Part shown: one piece after another, positions 9,840-18,933 of the stretch
Numbering within the stretch: position 1 is the stretch's first letter
How the letters are laid out: each line of letters begins with the position of its first letter
Assembly (NCBI GenBank): GCA_040900025.1
Contig: JBBDZT010000022.1
Span: forward strand, 1-35,532
Length of the DNA: 35,532 bases
Direction of reading: 5' to 3'
Source: Candidatus Saccharimonadales bacterium
GTDB taxonomy: Bacteria > Patescibacteriota > Saccharimonadia > Saccharimonadales > 2-12-FULL-41-12
The notes under the pieces: model-generated
Seen by the model: only the letters and a program-made list of their open reading frames with translations
What the model was told of the DNA's origin: nothing
Database searches by the model: none
Position numbers and translations under genes: made by a program

Positions 9840-10400
9840 CTAGCTGCCTAGTTTCTTATAAAGTTTATCGACTCGCTCCAGCAACTCATAACAGTAATCC
9901 CTGCTTTTTTCTGCTTCTTTCGGACTGGTTTCCAGCGCTTCCAGATTTGTGTTGATCATAGCTTGGGAGGATCTAACCGACGCTTTTAAATTAGCTAAAC
10001 ATACAACGAGGTCTGCTTTTAGCTGTGAATTGAATTTAGAGTAATTTACTTCGCAAAAAGAGATTAACTCTTCGCAAACCGCAACTATTTCTATGCTTGG
10101 AGCCAGAGCGTTTATTAACGATTCGTTGATTTTTGTCTTGCTCTTGGCCTTATAAGCCTTGCTGACTTCTTCGTAGGCTTTGATATCTGCTTCAGCCAAA
10201 TCAAGAAAAGTTTTTACCCTTTGAGATAAAGTATCGATATTTTCGGTAATATCTTCATTCTTTGTGTATTCGCACACCATTTTTAGCTGAGCGCACGCGA
10301 TTGCTCCGTTTAAAGCTGCTACTGCCCCACCTCCGGGAGTAGACTGCTTAGCTCCTAGATTATTAAGAAATTCAGCTAGCGACTCATCTCTCATATCCAA
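9840..10400 (-). CDS. Cyclodeaminase/cyclohydrolase family protein (FtcD C-domain / FchA-like, probable methenyl-THF cyclohydrolase)
   Basis: 186 aa, all-helical, with the N-terminal signature LAEFLNNLGAKQSTPGGGAVAALNGA typical of this family. The track start is TTG at 10400, but the ATG at 10394 is the more likely start. Confidence 0.7.
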   Translation of the reverse strand: MDMRDESLAEFLNNLGAKQSTPGGGAVAALNGAIACAQLKMVCEYTKNEDITENIDTLSQRVKTFLDLAEADIKAYEEVSKAYKAKSKTKINESLINALAPSIEIVAVCEELISFCEVNYSKFNSQLKADLVVCLANLKASVRSSQAMINTNLEALETSPKEAEKSRDYCYELLERVDKLYKKLGS

Positions 10401-10460
10401 ATTGTACCATTACTACTTGTCTCCTTGGATCCTTCCTCTTGCGCCACCCAAAGTCGATGG

Positions 10461-10943
10461 TTATTGGATAGATTGATCGTCGGAAAGTACTTTATCGTGC
10501 TGAGTTTTTCTAAAGTCCTGATATTTTTTAAGAAGTTCGGAGTCACCCAAAGCTAAAATTTCTACAGCAAACAAACCTGTGTTTTTTCCGCCGTTTTCCG
10601 GCATCGTTGCCAATGGAATGCCGGGAGGCATCATAACGTTTGAGAATAATGCTTCATGGTCATGACCATCTCTTTTGACCGGGATTGCCAGAACCGGAAG
10701 TTCAGTGTGAGCAGAAGCCACTCCTGCTAAATGCGCCGAGCCGCCAGCACCTGCGATTATTACTTTTAGTCCGCGTTGCCTAGCAGTTTCTATATAATTT
10801 GCGGCTTCTTTTGGTGTTCTGTGGGCTGATAAAACTCGTATTTCATAGCTTATGCCAAACTCGTCTAAGACTTTCGCGGCGCCTTGCATTATGTCCAGAT
10901 CGGACTTAGACCCCATTACTATTCCAACAAGCGGTTTTGACAT
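10461..10943 (-). CDS. purE: N5-carboxyaminoimidazole ribonucleotide mutase (class I PurE type)
   Basis: 160 aa with GIVMGSKSD, LSAHRTP and AGAGGSAHLAG blocks. The SAHR and AHL motifs point to class I. Confidence 0.9.
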   Translation of the reverse strand: MSKPLVGIVMGSKSDLDIMQGAAKVLDEFGISYEIRVLSAHRTPKEAANYIETARQRGLKVIIAGAGGSAHLAGVASAHTELPVLAIPVKRDGHDHEALFSNVMMPPGIPLATMPENGGKNTGLFAVEILALGDSELLKKYQDFRKTQHDKVLSDDQSIQ

Positions 10944-10972
10944 AATAACTATTTCTCCGATTAATTTTGTAT

Positions 10973-10978
10973 TACAAT
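10973..10978 (+). promoter_or_regulatory. Candidate -10 (TACAAT), 8 nt upstream of the purC ATG
   Basis: TACAAT-AGTAGCAT-ATG, inside the 43-nt purE/purC divergent spacer. Confidence 0.35.
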
Positions 10979-10986
10979 AGTAGCAT

Positions 10987-11934
10987 ATGGATCAAACTCT
11001 TACAGGGACGGATTTCGAATTTTCCGGGCAATCGGGCGTATATAACGGAAAAGTTCGTGATGTTTATACGGTCGGTGAAAAAATCATTTTAATCGCCACG
11101 GATAGAATCAGCGCTTTTGATGTAGTCAGTAAACAAGGTATTCCTTACAAAGGTCAAGTATTGAACCAAATCGCGGCCCACCAGCTTGAGCAAACGAAAG
11201 ACATAGTACCGAATTGGGTAGAGGGTGTCCCCGACCCTAATGTAACAATCGGAAAGAAAGCCCAGGTATTTCCGATCGAGATGATTGTTCGAGGGTATCT
11301 TGTCGGTGGTGCTTGGCGGTCATATAAAGTAGGTTCGCGCGACCTTTGCGGCAATAAGCTGGAAGACGGCATGGTGGAGAACCAGAAGTTTGATACCCCT
11401 CTGATTACGCCTACTACCAAAGCCGAACAAGGACACGATGAAGACATAACTCCCGACCAAATAATTTCCCAGGGCCTCGCGACCAAAGAAGAATGGGCGC
11501 AGCTTAATGACTACGCCGCCAAGCTATTCGCAAGAGGTACCGAGCTTGCTGCTAAACATAATCTTATACTTGTAGATACGAAATATGAGTTCGGCAAACT
11601 TCCGAACGGCCAGATAATCCTCATAGACGAAGTGCATACACCGGACAGTTCCAGGTTTTTCTACGCAGACAGTTACGAAGAAAGATTTGCCACCGGCGAG
11701 TCTCAACACCAGCTAAGCAAGGAATTCATCCGGGACTGGCTGATTCAGCAGGGCTACCAAGGTGACACGCCGGACTGGCCGGAAATGCCGGATGAAATTA
11801 TCAAGGAAATCTCCGACCGGTACATAGAACTTTATGAAAAAATCACCGGCAATGCTTTTGCAAAGGCTGCCGCAAACGAAGATGTTTCCGAAAGAATAAA
11901 ACGTAACATTAATTCGGCGCTGGAGCAGCAATGA
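10987..11934 (+). CDS. purC: Phosphoribosylaminoimidazole-succinocarboxamide (SAICAR) synthase, long form
   Basis: 315 aa with GKVRDVY, ATDRISAFD, LILVDTKYEFG and DEVHTPDSSRF blocks. Confidence 0.9.
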   Translation: MDQTLTGTDFEFSGQSGVYNGKVRDVYTVGEKIILIATDRISAFDVVSKQGIPYKGQVLNQIAAHQLEQTKDIVPNWVEGVPDPNVTIGKKAQVFPIEMIVRGYLVGGAWRSYKVGSRDLCGNKLEDGMVENQKFDTPLITPTTKAEQGHDEDITPDQIISQGLATKEEWAQLNDYAAKLFARGTELAAKHNLILVDTKYEFGKLPNGQIILIDEVHTPDSSRFFYADSYEERFATGESQHQLSKEFIRDWLIQQGYQGDTPDWPEMPDEIIKEISDRYIELYEKITGNAFAKAAANEDVSERIKRNINSALEQQ

Positions 11935-13289
11935 ATTTTGACGGTATAGACCCATTTGATGGCAGATATTTCGACAAAGAAGTGAACTCGGTTTTATCCG
12001 AGCGAGAAAGACTTATATATCAGGCGGAGGTTGAGGCTGCATTAGCTATGACATTAGCCGAATCCGGAGTCTGCAGCAAGGAAATTGCTAACGAAATACA
12101 CGCCGCTTCTAAGAAAGTTACCGCGGAGGATGTATATGAAGAGGAGAAGACCACTCGCCATGACATAAAAGCTTTGGTTAACGTGATCAAAAGGCATATA
12201 TCCAGCGAAGCCAAGCCGTATGTTCATTTCGGAGCAACTAGCTACGATATCATTGCTAACGCCCAAGTTCTGCAAATGCGAACCGCTACCGATGATATAA
12301 TTCTTCCCCGCCTCAAGGAATTACTGGAAGTGCTTGTTGGCTTAACGGACAAATATGCTGAAACTCCGCAAATCGGCCGCACCCATGGCCAACACGGCGT
12401 TCCTATAACTTTTGGCTTTGCTATTGCCCAGTACGTTTCCAGGCTAGGTAATTCCATAAAAGCTATTGAAGACTTATCCGCCGGCCTACGAGGTAAATTC
12501 TCCGGCGCGACAGGCTCTTATAATGCTTTAAGTGTTTTCGTCGATGACCCTTTGAAGTTTGAAAAAGCAGTGCTAAATAAAGTCGGTCTTAAGCCGTCGG
12601 AAGCTTCCACGCAGATTGCCCCGCCGGAATACATAATCCGCTTAATAGATGAGATGACGATCGCTTCGGGAATCCTTGCAAATATCGGCCACGATATGCG
12701 GCATCTGGCCCGTACGGAAATCGCCGAAGTACGGGAAAAATTTGAAGCCGGCCAAACCGGCAGCTCAACCATGGCCCACAAGATGAACCCGTGGAACTTT
12801 GAAAACCTAATAAGCATGCACAAGCAAATGCTTTCCCAGCAGTTAAATGCCAATCTTAATCTTACCAGCGAACATCAGCGCGACTTAACCGACTCGGCTA
12901 ACTCCCGCTTTTACGTGCTGGTACCGGCAATACTTGCTAACATGGCCAAACGAGCCACACGGATAATGAGTAAAATCGAAGTCAACGAAGAGCAAATGCA
13001 AAAAAACCTTAAGCTGACCGGCGGAGCCATTGCCGCCGAACCTCTTTATTTACTGCTTGAAAAGTATGGACACACCGCAGCGCACGAGACTGCCAAGCGT
13101 ATCGCCCATAGCGCGCTTGAAAAAGGTGCTAATCTTGCCGAAGAGGTGCAAAAAGACAGCGAAGCAAAAGACTATTGGAATAAATTTGCAGACAAGGAAA
13201 AGCAAATTATCGAGAACCCCGAAAAAAACTACCTAGGCTTGGCCGCTCAAAAAGCCAAAAACATTGCTCGAAACTGGCAAACTAATTAA
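11931..13289 (+). CDS. purB: Adenylosuccinate lyase
   Basis: 452 aa with the fumarate-lyase signature GSSTMAHKMNP. Its start overlaps the purC stop (ATGA). Confidence 0.92.
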   Translation: MNFDGIDPFDGRYFDKEVNSVLSERERLIYQAEVEAALAMTLAESGVCSKEIANEIHAASKKVTAEDVYEEEKTTRHDIKALVNVIKRHISSEAKPYVHFGATSYDIIANAQVLQMRTATDDIILPRLKELLEVLVGLTDKYAETPQIGRTHGQHGVPITFGFAIAQYVSRLGNSIKAIEDLSAGLRGKFSGATGSYNALSVFVDDPLKFEKAVLNKVGLKPSEASTQIAPPEYIIRLIDEMTIASGILANIGHDMRHLARTEIAEVREKFEAGQTGSSTMAHKMNPWNFENLISMHKQMLSQQLNANLNLTSEHQRDLTDSANSRFYVLVPAILANMAKRATRIMSKIEVNEEQMQKNLKLTGGAIAAEPLYLLLEKYGHTAAHETAKRIAHSALEKGANLAEEVQKDSEAKDYWNKFADKEKQIIENPEKNYLGLAAQKAKNIARNWQTN

Positions 13290-16200
13290 TAATCAGACCA
13301 GGATTTAGGTTGATCTTTTATTAAATCTGCTATAGTGAGTGCTCTTAAAAGTAAACGGCCGGTTTCAGCGTTGGTCATCACCGGCATGTGGTGGTCTACC
13401 GCTAATCTGCGGATTGTATAGCCGTCTATATCTTCTATGTCCTCCCTTGGAACTACTACAACTAGGTCTAGTTTCTGTTTGGCTATGTAAGTTTCCAGTG
13501 AAGGTTCTTTTCTATCCTTGATTTTATATAGCTTCTTAGCTTTTATGCCGTTTTCAGTAAAGAAATCATGAGTCCCGGGGGTTGCGAAAAGCTTAAAACC
13601 GCTTTTGATGAGACTATGAGCCTCATCTATGAACTTATGTTTTTGTTCGTCAGGTACGCTAATACAAATGTTTTTACCGCTTACTTCTTGCTCTGTAGCC
13701 AACCAGGAATTATAAAAAGCCTCTTCCAAAGTATCTCCAAAACAAGCTACCTCTCCGGTTGAAGCCATCTCTACCGAAGCTACAGGGTCGGCGCCTTTCA
13801 ATCGATTGTACGAAAATTGGGGGTTCTTAACAGCTACATAGTCCAGGTCCAGAGTGTTGTACTTTTCTTTCGGATTGAGTTTGCCTAGGATAGCTTTGGT
13901 AGCCAGCTCTATAAAATTATGCTTGGTAACCTTTGAAACAAATGGGAAACTGCGGGAAGCCCGAACGTTGCATTCAATTACCTTTATGGCATTGTCTTTA
14001 GCGATGTACTGTACATTAAACGGCCCGGTTATATTAAGAGAGCTGACTATTTGCGCGGTGATTTTCTTTACTCTCCTGATTGTTTCAAGATATAAGTTCT
14101 GAGCTGGTAGAACTACTGTTGCGTCGCCGGAATGTACTCCGGCGTGTTCTATGTGCTCGCTGATGGCGTAAATTATTATTTCCCCGTTGTTCGCCACGCC
14201 ATCAATTTCGATTTCTTTCGCCGCGCTGATAAAGTCTGAAATAACCACCGGGTGGTCGGGAGATAAGTTAGTCGCCTTATCTAAGTATTGTTTTAAGTCA
14301 GCTTCGGACTCTACAACACTCATTGCCCCGCCGGATAGCACATAAGATGGTCTTACCAACACCGGATAGCTAACTTCAGAAGCAAAACTTTTTGCTCTAT
14401 CGAGAGTTGTCACCTCCTGCCAGAGCGGCTGGTCAATGTCGATCTTTTCAAGCATTGTAGAAAACAGCTTGCGATTTTCGGCATTGTTTATGTTTTTCGC
14501 GCTTGTTCCGAGTATTTTGTACCCGGCTTTGTCTAGCGGCGTCGATAGATTATTAGCGATCTGGCCGCCAACGGACACTATAATAGGGGCAGTTTTTTCA
14601 AAATCCGCTATATCGCTAACTCTTTCGTAAGTTAGTTCGTCGAAATACAGTCTGTCGGATATATCGAAATCGGTAGAAACCGTTTCCGGATTTGAGTTGA
14701 TGATAATAGTGTTCTTCTTGTTTTTTTTCAAGGTACTAACGGTATTGACCGCACACCAGTCGAATTCAACAGACGAGCCGATACAATACGGGCCGGAACC
14801 AAGCGTAATTATGCTTTTCTTCTGAGGTACTACGTCATTTTCTTTCCCGCTGTATGTCAGGTATAAATAGTTAGTTTGGGCGGAAAACTCACCAGCTAAC
14901 GTGTCAATCAACTTAACAACCGGCTTTATGCCATAAGATAGCCTAAGTTCCCTAATCTTGCCTTCTGTAGATTTAGTTAATTTCGCTAGAGCTTTATCGG
15001 AAAATCCCAGTATTTTAGCTTTATGGAGCGAGGTTTTATCTAATTCGCCGGATTTTTTAACCAGTTGCTCATGTTTTGTTATGCTGTTGATCTGGTATAA
15101 AAACCACTTGTCTATCTTGCTAAGTTTGTTAATTTCATCGACAGTTTTGCCTTTGCGCAAAGCTTCGTAAACTGCGAATATACGCCGGTAGGTCGGATTT
15201 TTTACTTCGTCAATTACATCTTCAAACTTGTAAATATGATCGCTCAAGCCATTAGAACCGGTATTTTGCATGCGTATTGCCTTTTGCAGGGCTTCAGGAA
15301 AAGACCTGGCTAGAGCCATTACTTCTCCAACACTTTTCATCTCTGAGCCGATGCGCATATTACTGTTTTTTAATTTGGTCAGATCCCAGCGGGGCATTTT
15401 TAATGCGACATAATCAAGTGCCGGCTCAAAAAATGCAGACGTTTGTCCGGTTACGGAATTTCGCAGTTCATACAGCTTTTTGCCTAAAACCAGTTTTGCC
15501 GCAACATAAGCCAGCGGGTAGCCGGTAGCTTTGGAAGCCAACGCGCTTGAACGGCTAAGCCGGGCATTAACTTCGATTACCCTATATTCGCCGGTCTTGG
15601 AATTCAGCGCATACTGGATATTACATTCACCGACTATATTCAAATGCTTTATAGTTTTGATCGCCACTTCCCGCAAGTGATGGTATTCGTGGTTTGTGAG
15701 TGTTTGACTGGGCGCTACGACTATGCTCTCACCGGTATGAATTCCCATCGGGTCCAGATTTTCCATATTGCAAACTGTTATAGTATTGCCGTCCGAATCG
15801 CGCACAACTTCATACTCGATTTCTTTCCATCCTTCCAGGTATTCTTCTATTAAAACCTGGTTTATTTTATGAAATGCTTCGCTTGTCCGAGCTATCAATT
15901 CTTTTTCGTTTTCTATCTTGCCTGAACCTAGGCCGCCTAGCGCGAATCCGGAGCGCATCATTACCGGATAGCCAATAGTTTTAGCGGCTTTTTTAGCTTC
16001 GACAATGCTATATGTAGCTATGCTTTTAGCTGTGCTGACATTAATTTTGCTCAATGCATTTTTAAATAGTTCTCTATCTTCGGTTATTTTTATGGTCTCA
16101 ATAGAAGTACCGAGTGATCTAACTTCATATCTTTCTAAAATACCTTTGTCGTGTAGTTCCAAACCTAGGTTCAGCGCCGTTTGCCCGCCGAAACTAAGTA

Positions 16201-16441
16201 GTATCCCGTCCGGACGTTCTTTTTTAATGACTTTTTCTGCCTCGGTTACGTTAAGCGGTAGGAAATAAACTTTGTCTGCCATGCCGGGATCTGTTTGTAC
16301 GGTAGCTATGTTGGGGTTAATTAAGACAGTTTTTATACTCTCTTCTTTCAATGCTTTTATAGCTTGCGAGCCGGAGTAGTCAAACTCGCCGGCTTGACCG
16401 ATTCTAAGCCCTCCTGAACCGAGTATAAGTACTTTCTTCAT
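13286..16441 (-). CDS. carB: Carbamoyl-phosphate synthase large subunit
   Basis: 1051 aa with two ATP-grasp halves: LILGSGGLRIGQAGEFDYSGSQA, and again ITLGSGPYCIGSSVEFDWC. It has an MGS-like C-terminal domain. Its stop overlaps the purB stop (convergent). Confidence 0.95.
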   Translation of the reverse strand: MKKVLILGSGGLRIGQAGEFDYSGSQAIKALKEESIKTVLINPNIATVQTDPGMADKVYFLPLNVTEAEKVIKKERPDGILLSFGGQTALNLGLELHDKGILERYEVRSLGTSIETIKITEDRELFKNALSKINVSTAKSIATYSIVEAKKAAKTIGYPVMMRSGFALGGLGSGKIENEKELIARTSEAFHKINQVLIEEYLEGWKEIEYEVVRDSDGNTITVCNMENLDPMGIHTGESIVVAPSQTLTNHEYHHLREVAIKTIKHLNIVGECNIQYALNSKTGEYRVIEVNARLSRSSALASKATGYPLAYVAAKLVLGKKLYELRNSVTGQTSAFFEPALDYVALKMPRWDLTKLKNSNMRIGSEMKSVGEVMALARSFPEALQKAIRMQNTGSNGLSDHIYKFEDVIDEVKNPTYRRIFAVYEALRKGKTVDEINKLSKIDKWFLYQINSITKHEQLVKKSGELDKTSLHKAKILGFSDKALAKLTKSTEGKIRELRLSYGIKPVVKLIDTLAGEFSAQTNYLYLTYSGKENDVVPQKKSIITLGSGPYCIGSSVEFDWCAVNTVSTLKKNKKNTIIINSNPETVSTDFDISDRLYFDELTYERVSDIADFEKTAPIIVSVGGQIANNLSTPLDKAGYKILGTSAKNINNAENRKLFSTMLEKIDIDQPLWQEVTTLDRAKSFASEVSYPVLVRPSYVLSGGAMSVVESEADLKQYLDKATNLSPDHPVVISDFISAAKEIEIDGVANNGEIIIYAISEHIEHAGVHSGDATVVLPAQNLYLETIRRVKKITAQIVSSLNITGPFNVQYIAKDNAIKVIECNVRASRSFPFVSKVTKHNFIELATKAILGKLNPKEKYNTLDLDYVAVKNPQFSYNRLKGADPVASVEMASTGEVACFGDTLEEAFYNSWLATEQEVSGKNICISVPDEQKHKFIDEAHSLIKSGFKLFATPGTHDFFTENGIKAKKLYKIKDRKEPSLETYIAKQKLDLVVVVPREDIEDIDGYTIRRLAVDHHMPVMTNAETGRLLLRALTIADLIKDQPKSWSDY

Positions 16442-17532
16442 AGAGACTCCACAAACTTATCAAACAGCCAGTTAGTATCTGTAGGCCCGGGACATGCTTC
16501 CGGATGAAACTGTACCGAAAAAAACGGTTTTGACCGATGTATGATTCCTTCTACCGAGCCATCGTTTAGGTTATAAAAATATACTTCCCAATCTTTCGGC
16601 AATGTCTTAGCATCTACGGCGTATCCGTGGTTTTGGCTTGTTATATAACACTGCCCGGTCTTCATATCCCTGCATGGTTGATTATGGCTGTGATGACCGA
16701 ACTTTAATTTATAGGTTTTAGCTCCGGCTGCAAGTGCCATCAGCTGGCTACCCAAGCATATACCAAATACGGGCCTTTCGTCTTTTATAAGTTTTTCTAT
16801 GGTTTTGATTACAGGCTTATAGTCTTTAGGATCGCCCGGTCCGTTGGATAGCATCACTCCGTCAAAACTCTCGTTTGAAAGATTATAATCAAACGGAACC
16901 CGTAAGACATTTAGCTTTCTGCCTTGGAGCGATCTGACAATATTTTCTTTAGCGCCACAGTCTATCAAAACGACCGTTTTTATTGCGCCGGCGGTTTTAT
17001 ATAATTTTGGCTTATCGATTGAAACCAATGGCTTGTTAATTTTAAAGTTGCGCATAGTGGTGTCGGAAACTATGTAGCCGTTTTCTACACCCTCTGTCCT
17101 AAGATGGCGGGTCAAAGCCCGGGTATCCACGTTTTGGATGACGGGAACATTCTGGTCCTTTAACCACTCAAGAAATGAGTAGGATGATAATGGATGGCTC
17201 CAGTCATTTATCAGGCTGCTTAAAACCACGCCTTTTGCATGAATCTTTTCTGATTCCCAGCCGGGTTTGTGCACGCCGTAATTGCCAATCAGAGGGTAAG
17301 TAAAGGTTAGTATCTGGTCAGAGTACGAAGGATCGGTCAGTGACTCAACGTAGCCGGTCATGCCGCTGTTGAATATTACTTCCGCGGCATCGGAATCCTC
17401 TTGCCAGACAGGAACTTCTCCGGAAAATGTTTTGCCATCCTCCAGGATAAGTCTGGCAGGTTTGGTCTTAAAAAAATCGCCTTTTTGGCGACTAATATTT
17501 TCTACTTTTTGTACCCTAATATTTTTATTCAC
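16438..17532 (-). CDS. carA: Carbamoyl-phosphate synthase small (glutaminase) subunit
   Basis: 364 aa with a class-I amidotransferase core (GICLGSQL, FHPE) and a CarA-specific N-domain. It has a GTG start and a 4-nt overlap with carB. Confidence 0.93.
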   Translation of the reverse strand: MNKNIRVQKVENISRQKGDFFKTKPARLILEDGKTFSGEVPVWQEDSDAAEVIFNSGMTGYVESLTDPSYSDQILTFTYPLIGNYGVHKPGWESEKIHAKGVVLSSLINDWSHPLSSYSFLEWLKDQNVPVIQNVDTRALTRHLRTEGVENGYIVSDTTMRNFKINKPLVSIDKPKLYKTAGAIKTVVLIDCGAKENIVRSLQGRKLNVLRVPFDYNLSNESFDGVMLSNGPGDPKDYKPVIKTIEKLIKDERPVFGICLGSQLMALAAGAKTYKLKFGHHSHNQPCRDMKTGQCYITSQNHGYAVDAKTLPKDWEVYFYNLNDGSVEGIIHRSKPFFSVQFHPEACPGPTDTNWLFDKFVESL

Positions 17533-17580
17533 ACTAGGACTTTACTTTAGCAACTTGTTGTCTATCTTGCAAATAAAAAA

Positions 17581-18141
17581 TCAATTATCTTTGGGGTGTA
17601 AAACAGCGGAAAGCAGTGCGGCTACAACTAAGAATAAGGCGCTATAAAAACCTACCTCGCCGTATAGCTCTACTTTATAACCTTCATTAAAGTTCCATGT
17701 AAAGTAAGCTATGCAGGTAAGAGAATAAATTGCGATTGAAGCTATAGCCGTTGCATACAAAGCGCTTTTACTTTTTACCAGCCCAGCGATTATTATCGGA
17801 ATTATAAACAGTATAACTGCACGGCTAGCCATTCCTCTGGTTGAATAGACGCTAAATGAAGCTAGGGATAAGTCGGTTATTATCATAGCTAACAGCAATG
17901 CCCTGTACGGGATAACATTTCCGGATTTCGACTTAACAAAGTACCAGATAAAACCGTTTACTAAAAGCAACATTGACACAACGAACCATCTGTCCAGCAC
18001 GACTTCCGGTTCTATAAGCTTAGATGTGTCATACAAAATTATCTGCGCAATAAAAAGTCCTGCCAGGGCAAAATGCACTTTGCATAGACTCAGCAAACCA
18101 GAGCCAAGGCTTAACGAACTCTTTTTGTTTATGCTTTTCAC
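17581..18141 (-). CDS. Hypothetical polytopic membrane protein (about 5-6 TM helices)
   Basis: 186-aa hydrophobic ORF with a GTG start. No family was recognised. It heads the carAB transcription unit. Confidence 0.6.
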   Translation of the reverse strand: MKSINKKSSLSLGSGLLSLCKVHFALAGLFIAQIILYDTSKLIEPEVVLDRWFVVSMLLLVNGFIWYFVKSKSGNVIPYRALLLAMIITDLSLASFSVYSTRGMASRAVILFIIPIIIAGLVKSKSALYATAIASIAIYSLTCIAYFTWNFNEGYKVELYGEVGFYSALFLVVAALLSAVLHPKDN

Positions 18142-18168
18142 TTACACTAATAAATACCAGAAACAGAG
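18128..18168. repeat. Direct repeat copy A (promoter plus first codons of the membrane-protein gene)
   Basis: Hand alignment to 21038..21079 gives 37 matches in 42 columns (4 mismatches, 1 indel). Weaker similarity continues to about 18185 / 21096. Confidence 0.8.
18151..18159 (-). promoter_or_regulatory. Candidate extended -10 (TGGTATTTA), 9 nt upstream of the membrane-protein GTG
   Basis: It lies inside repeat copy A. The equivalent TGATATTTA (21062..21070) is conserved in copy B, 10 nt upstream of the relic ATG. Confidence 0.4.
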
Positions 18169-18176
18169 GTATTCTG

Positions 18177-18923
18177 TCAAATCTGTAGGGATGTTTTTTT
18201 ACTGCCAAAGTAACTTTGAGCCATCTCGTAATCTTGCCTGTTGTCCATCTCTACCCACTTTAGTCCGGTGATATCTATAGCCTTAAAATCAACTCCCGCT
18301 TGGATAATTTCGTCATAAGCGACTTCATAGTAATTCTGCAGATTATCTTCGTGTATCATCATAGTTTCCAGTGCTGCGAATAATGCTAAGGACGTCTTTT
18401 TGCTAATTCTTTCAATACCGATAGATTCGCCTATAGCTTTAGTAGCAGGCAACTTATTGCCTATACGAACCACATACCCTTCATCGTTGCAGATAATTTT
18501 TATAACTTCCTCGTCAAGAGAAGTACTGTCAGAGCAAACATAACTTTGCTCGTCATTTACGCTTGTAAGCTTTTTGATAATTTTATCGTCGAAAATAACA
18601 TCGCCGTCAAGTTTAATAAAAGTTTCTCCGTTTAAATACTCTTTAGCTACAAGCAGCGAATAGCCGGTATTTGTGGTCAAATATTTCTCGTTGGTAGCAA
18701 AAATAACGTCAAGTTCAGGAAATGTTTCGGCTAAATATGTCTTGATCATTTCTTCCATATGGCCGCAGACGATCACAAAAGAGTGAATTCCGTGTTTTTG
18801 GAGCTTTGTAATCATATGCTCAAGCACGGTGCTATTGCCAATTGGAAGCAGTGATTTTGGTTTATCTAAGGTTAGCGGTCGCAACCGGTTACCTATCCCT
18901 GCTAATAAAATAACTGCTTTCAT
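18177..18923 (-). CDS. LicC/PntC-type nucleotidyl(cytidylyl)transferase
   Basis: 248 aa with N-terminal MKAVILLAGIGNRLRPLT (GxGxRL) and KPKSLLPI. The C-terminal KWVEMDNRQDY matches the WxExD motif. Length and layout resemble phosphocholine or 2-aminoethylphosphonate cytidylyltransferases and IPCT. Confidence 0.8.
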   Translation of the reverse strand: MKAVILLAGIGNRLRPLTLDKPKSLLPIGNSTVLEHMITKLQKHGIHSFVIVCGHMEEMIKTYLAETFPELDVIFATNEKYLTTNTGYSLLVAKEYLNGETFIKLDGDVIFDDKIIKKLTSVNDEQSYVCSDSTSLDEEVIKIICNDEGYVVRIGNKLPATKAIGESIGIERISKKTSLALFAALETMMIHEDNLQNYYEVAYDEIIQAGVDFKAIDITGLKWVEMDNRQDYEMAQSYFGSKKTSLQI

Positions 18924-18933
18924 AGATGATTTC

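Noticed and set aside
13339-16268. Plus-strand ORFs inside carB, and similar antisense ORFs inside prs, purF, folD, purC, purB, cysS, the DHH gene, dnaB and the GT4 genes
   Set aside because: They are shadow frames of strongly supported genes on the opposite strand. No motifs were recognised.
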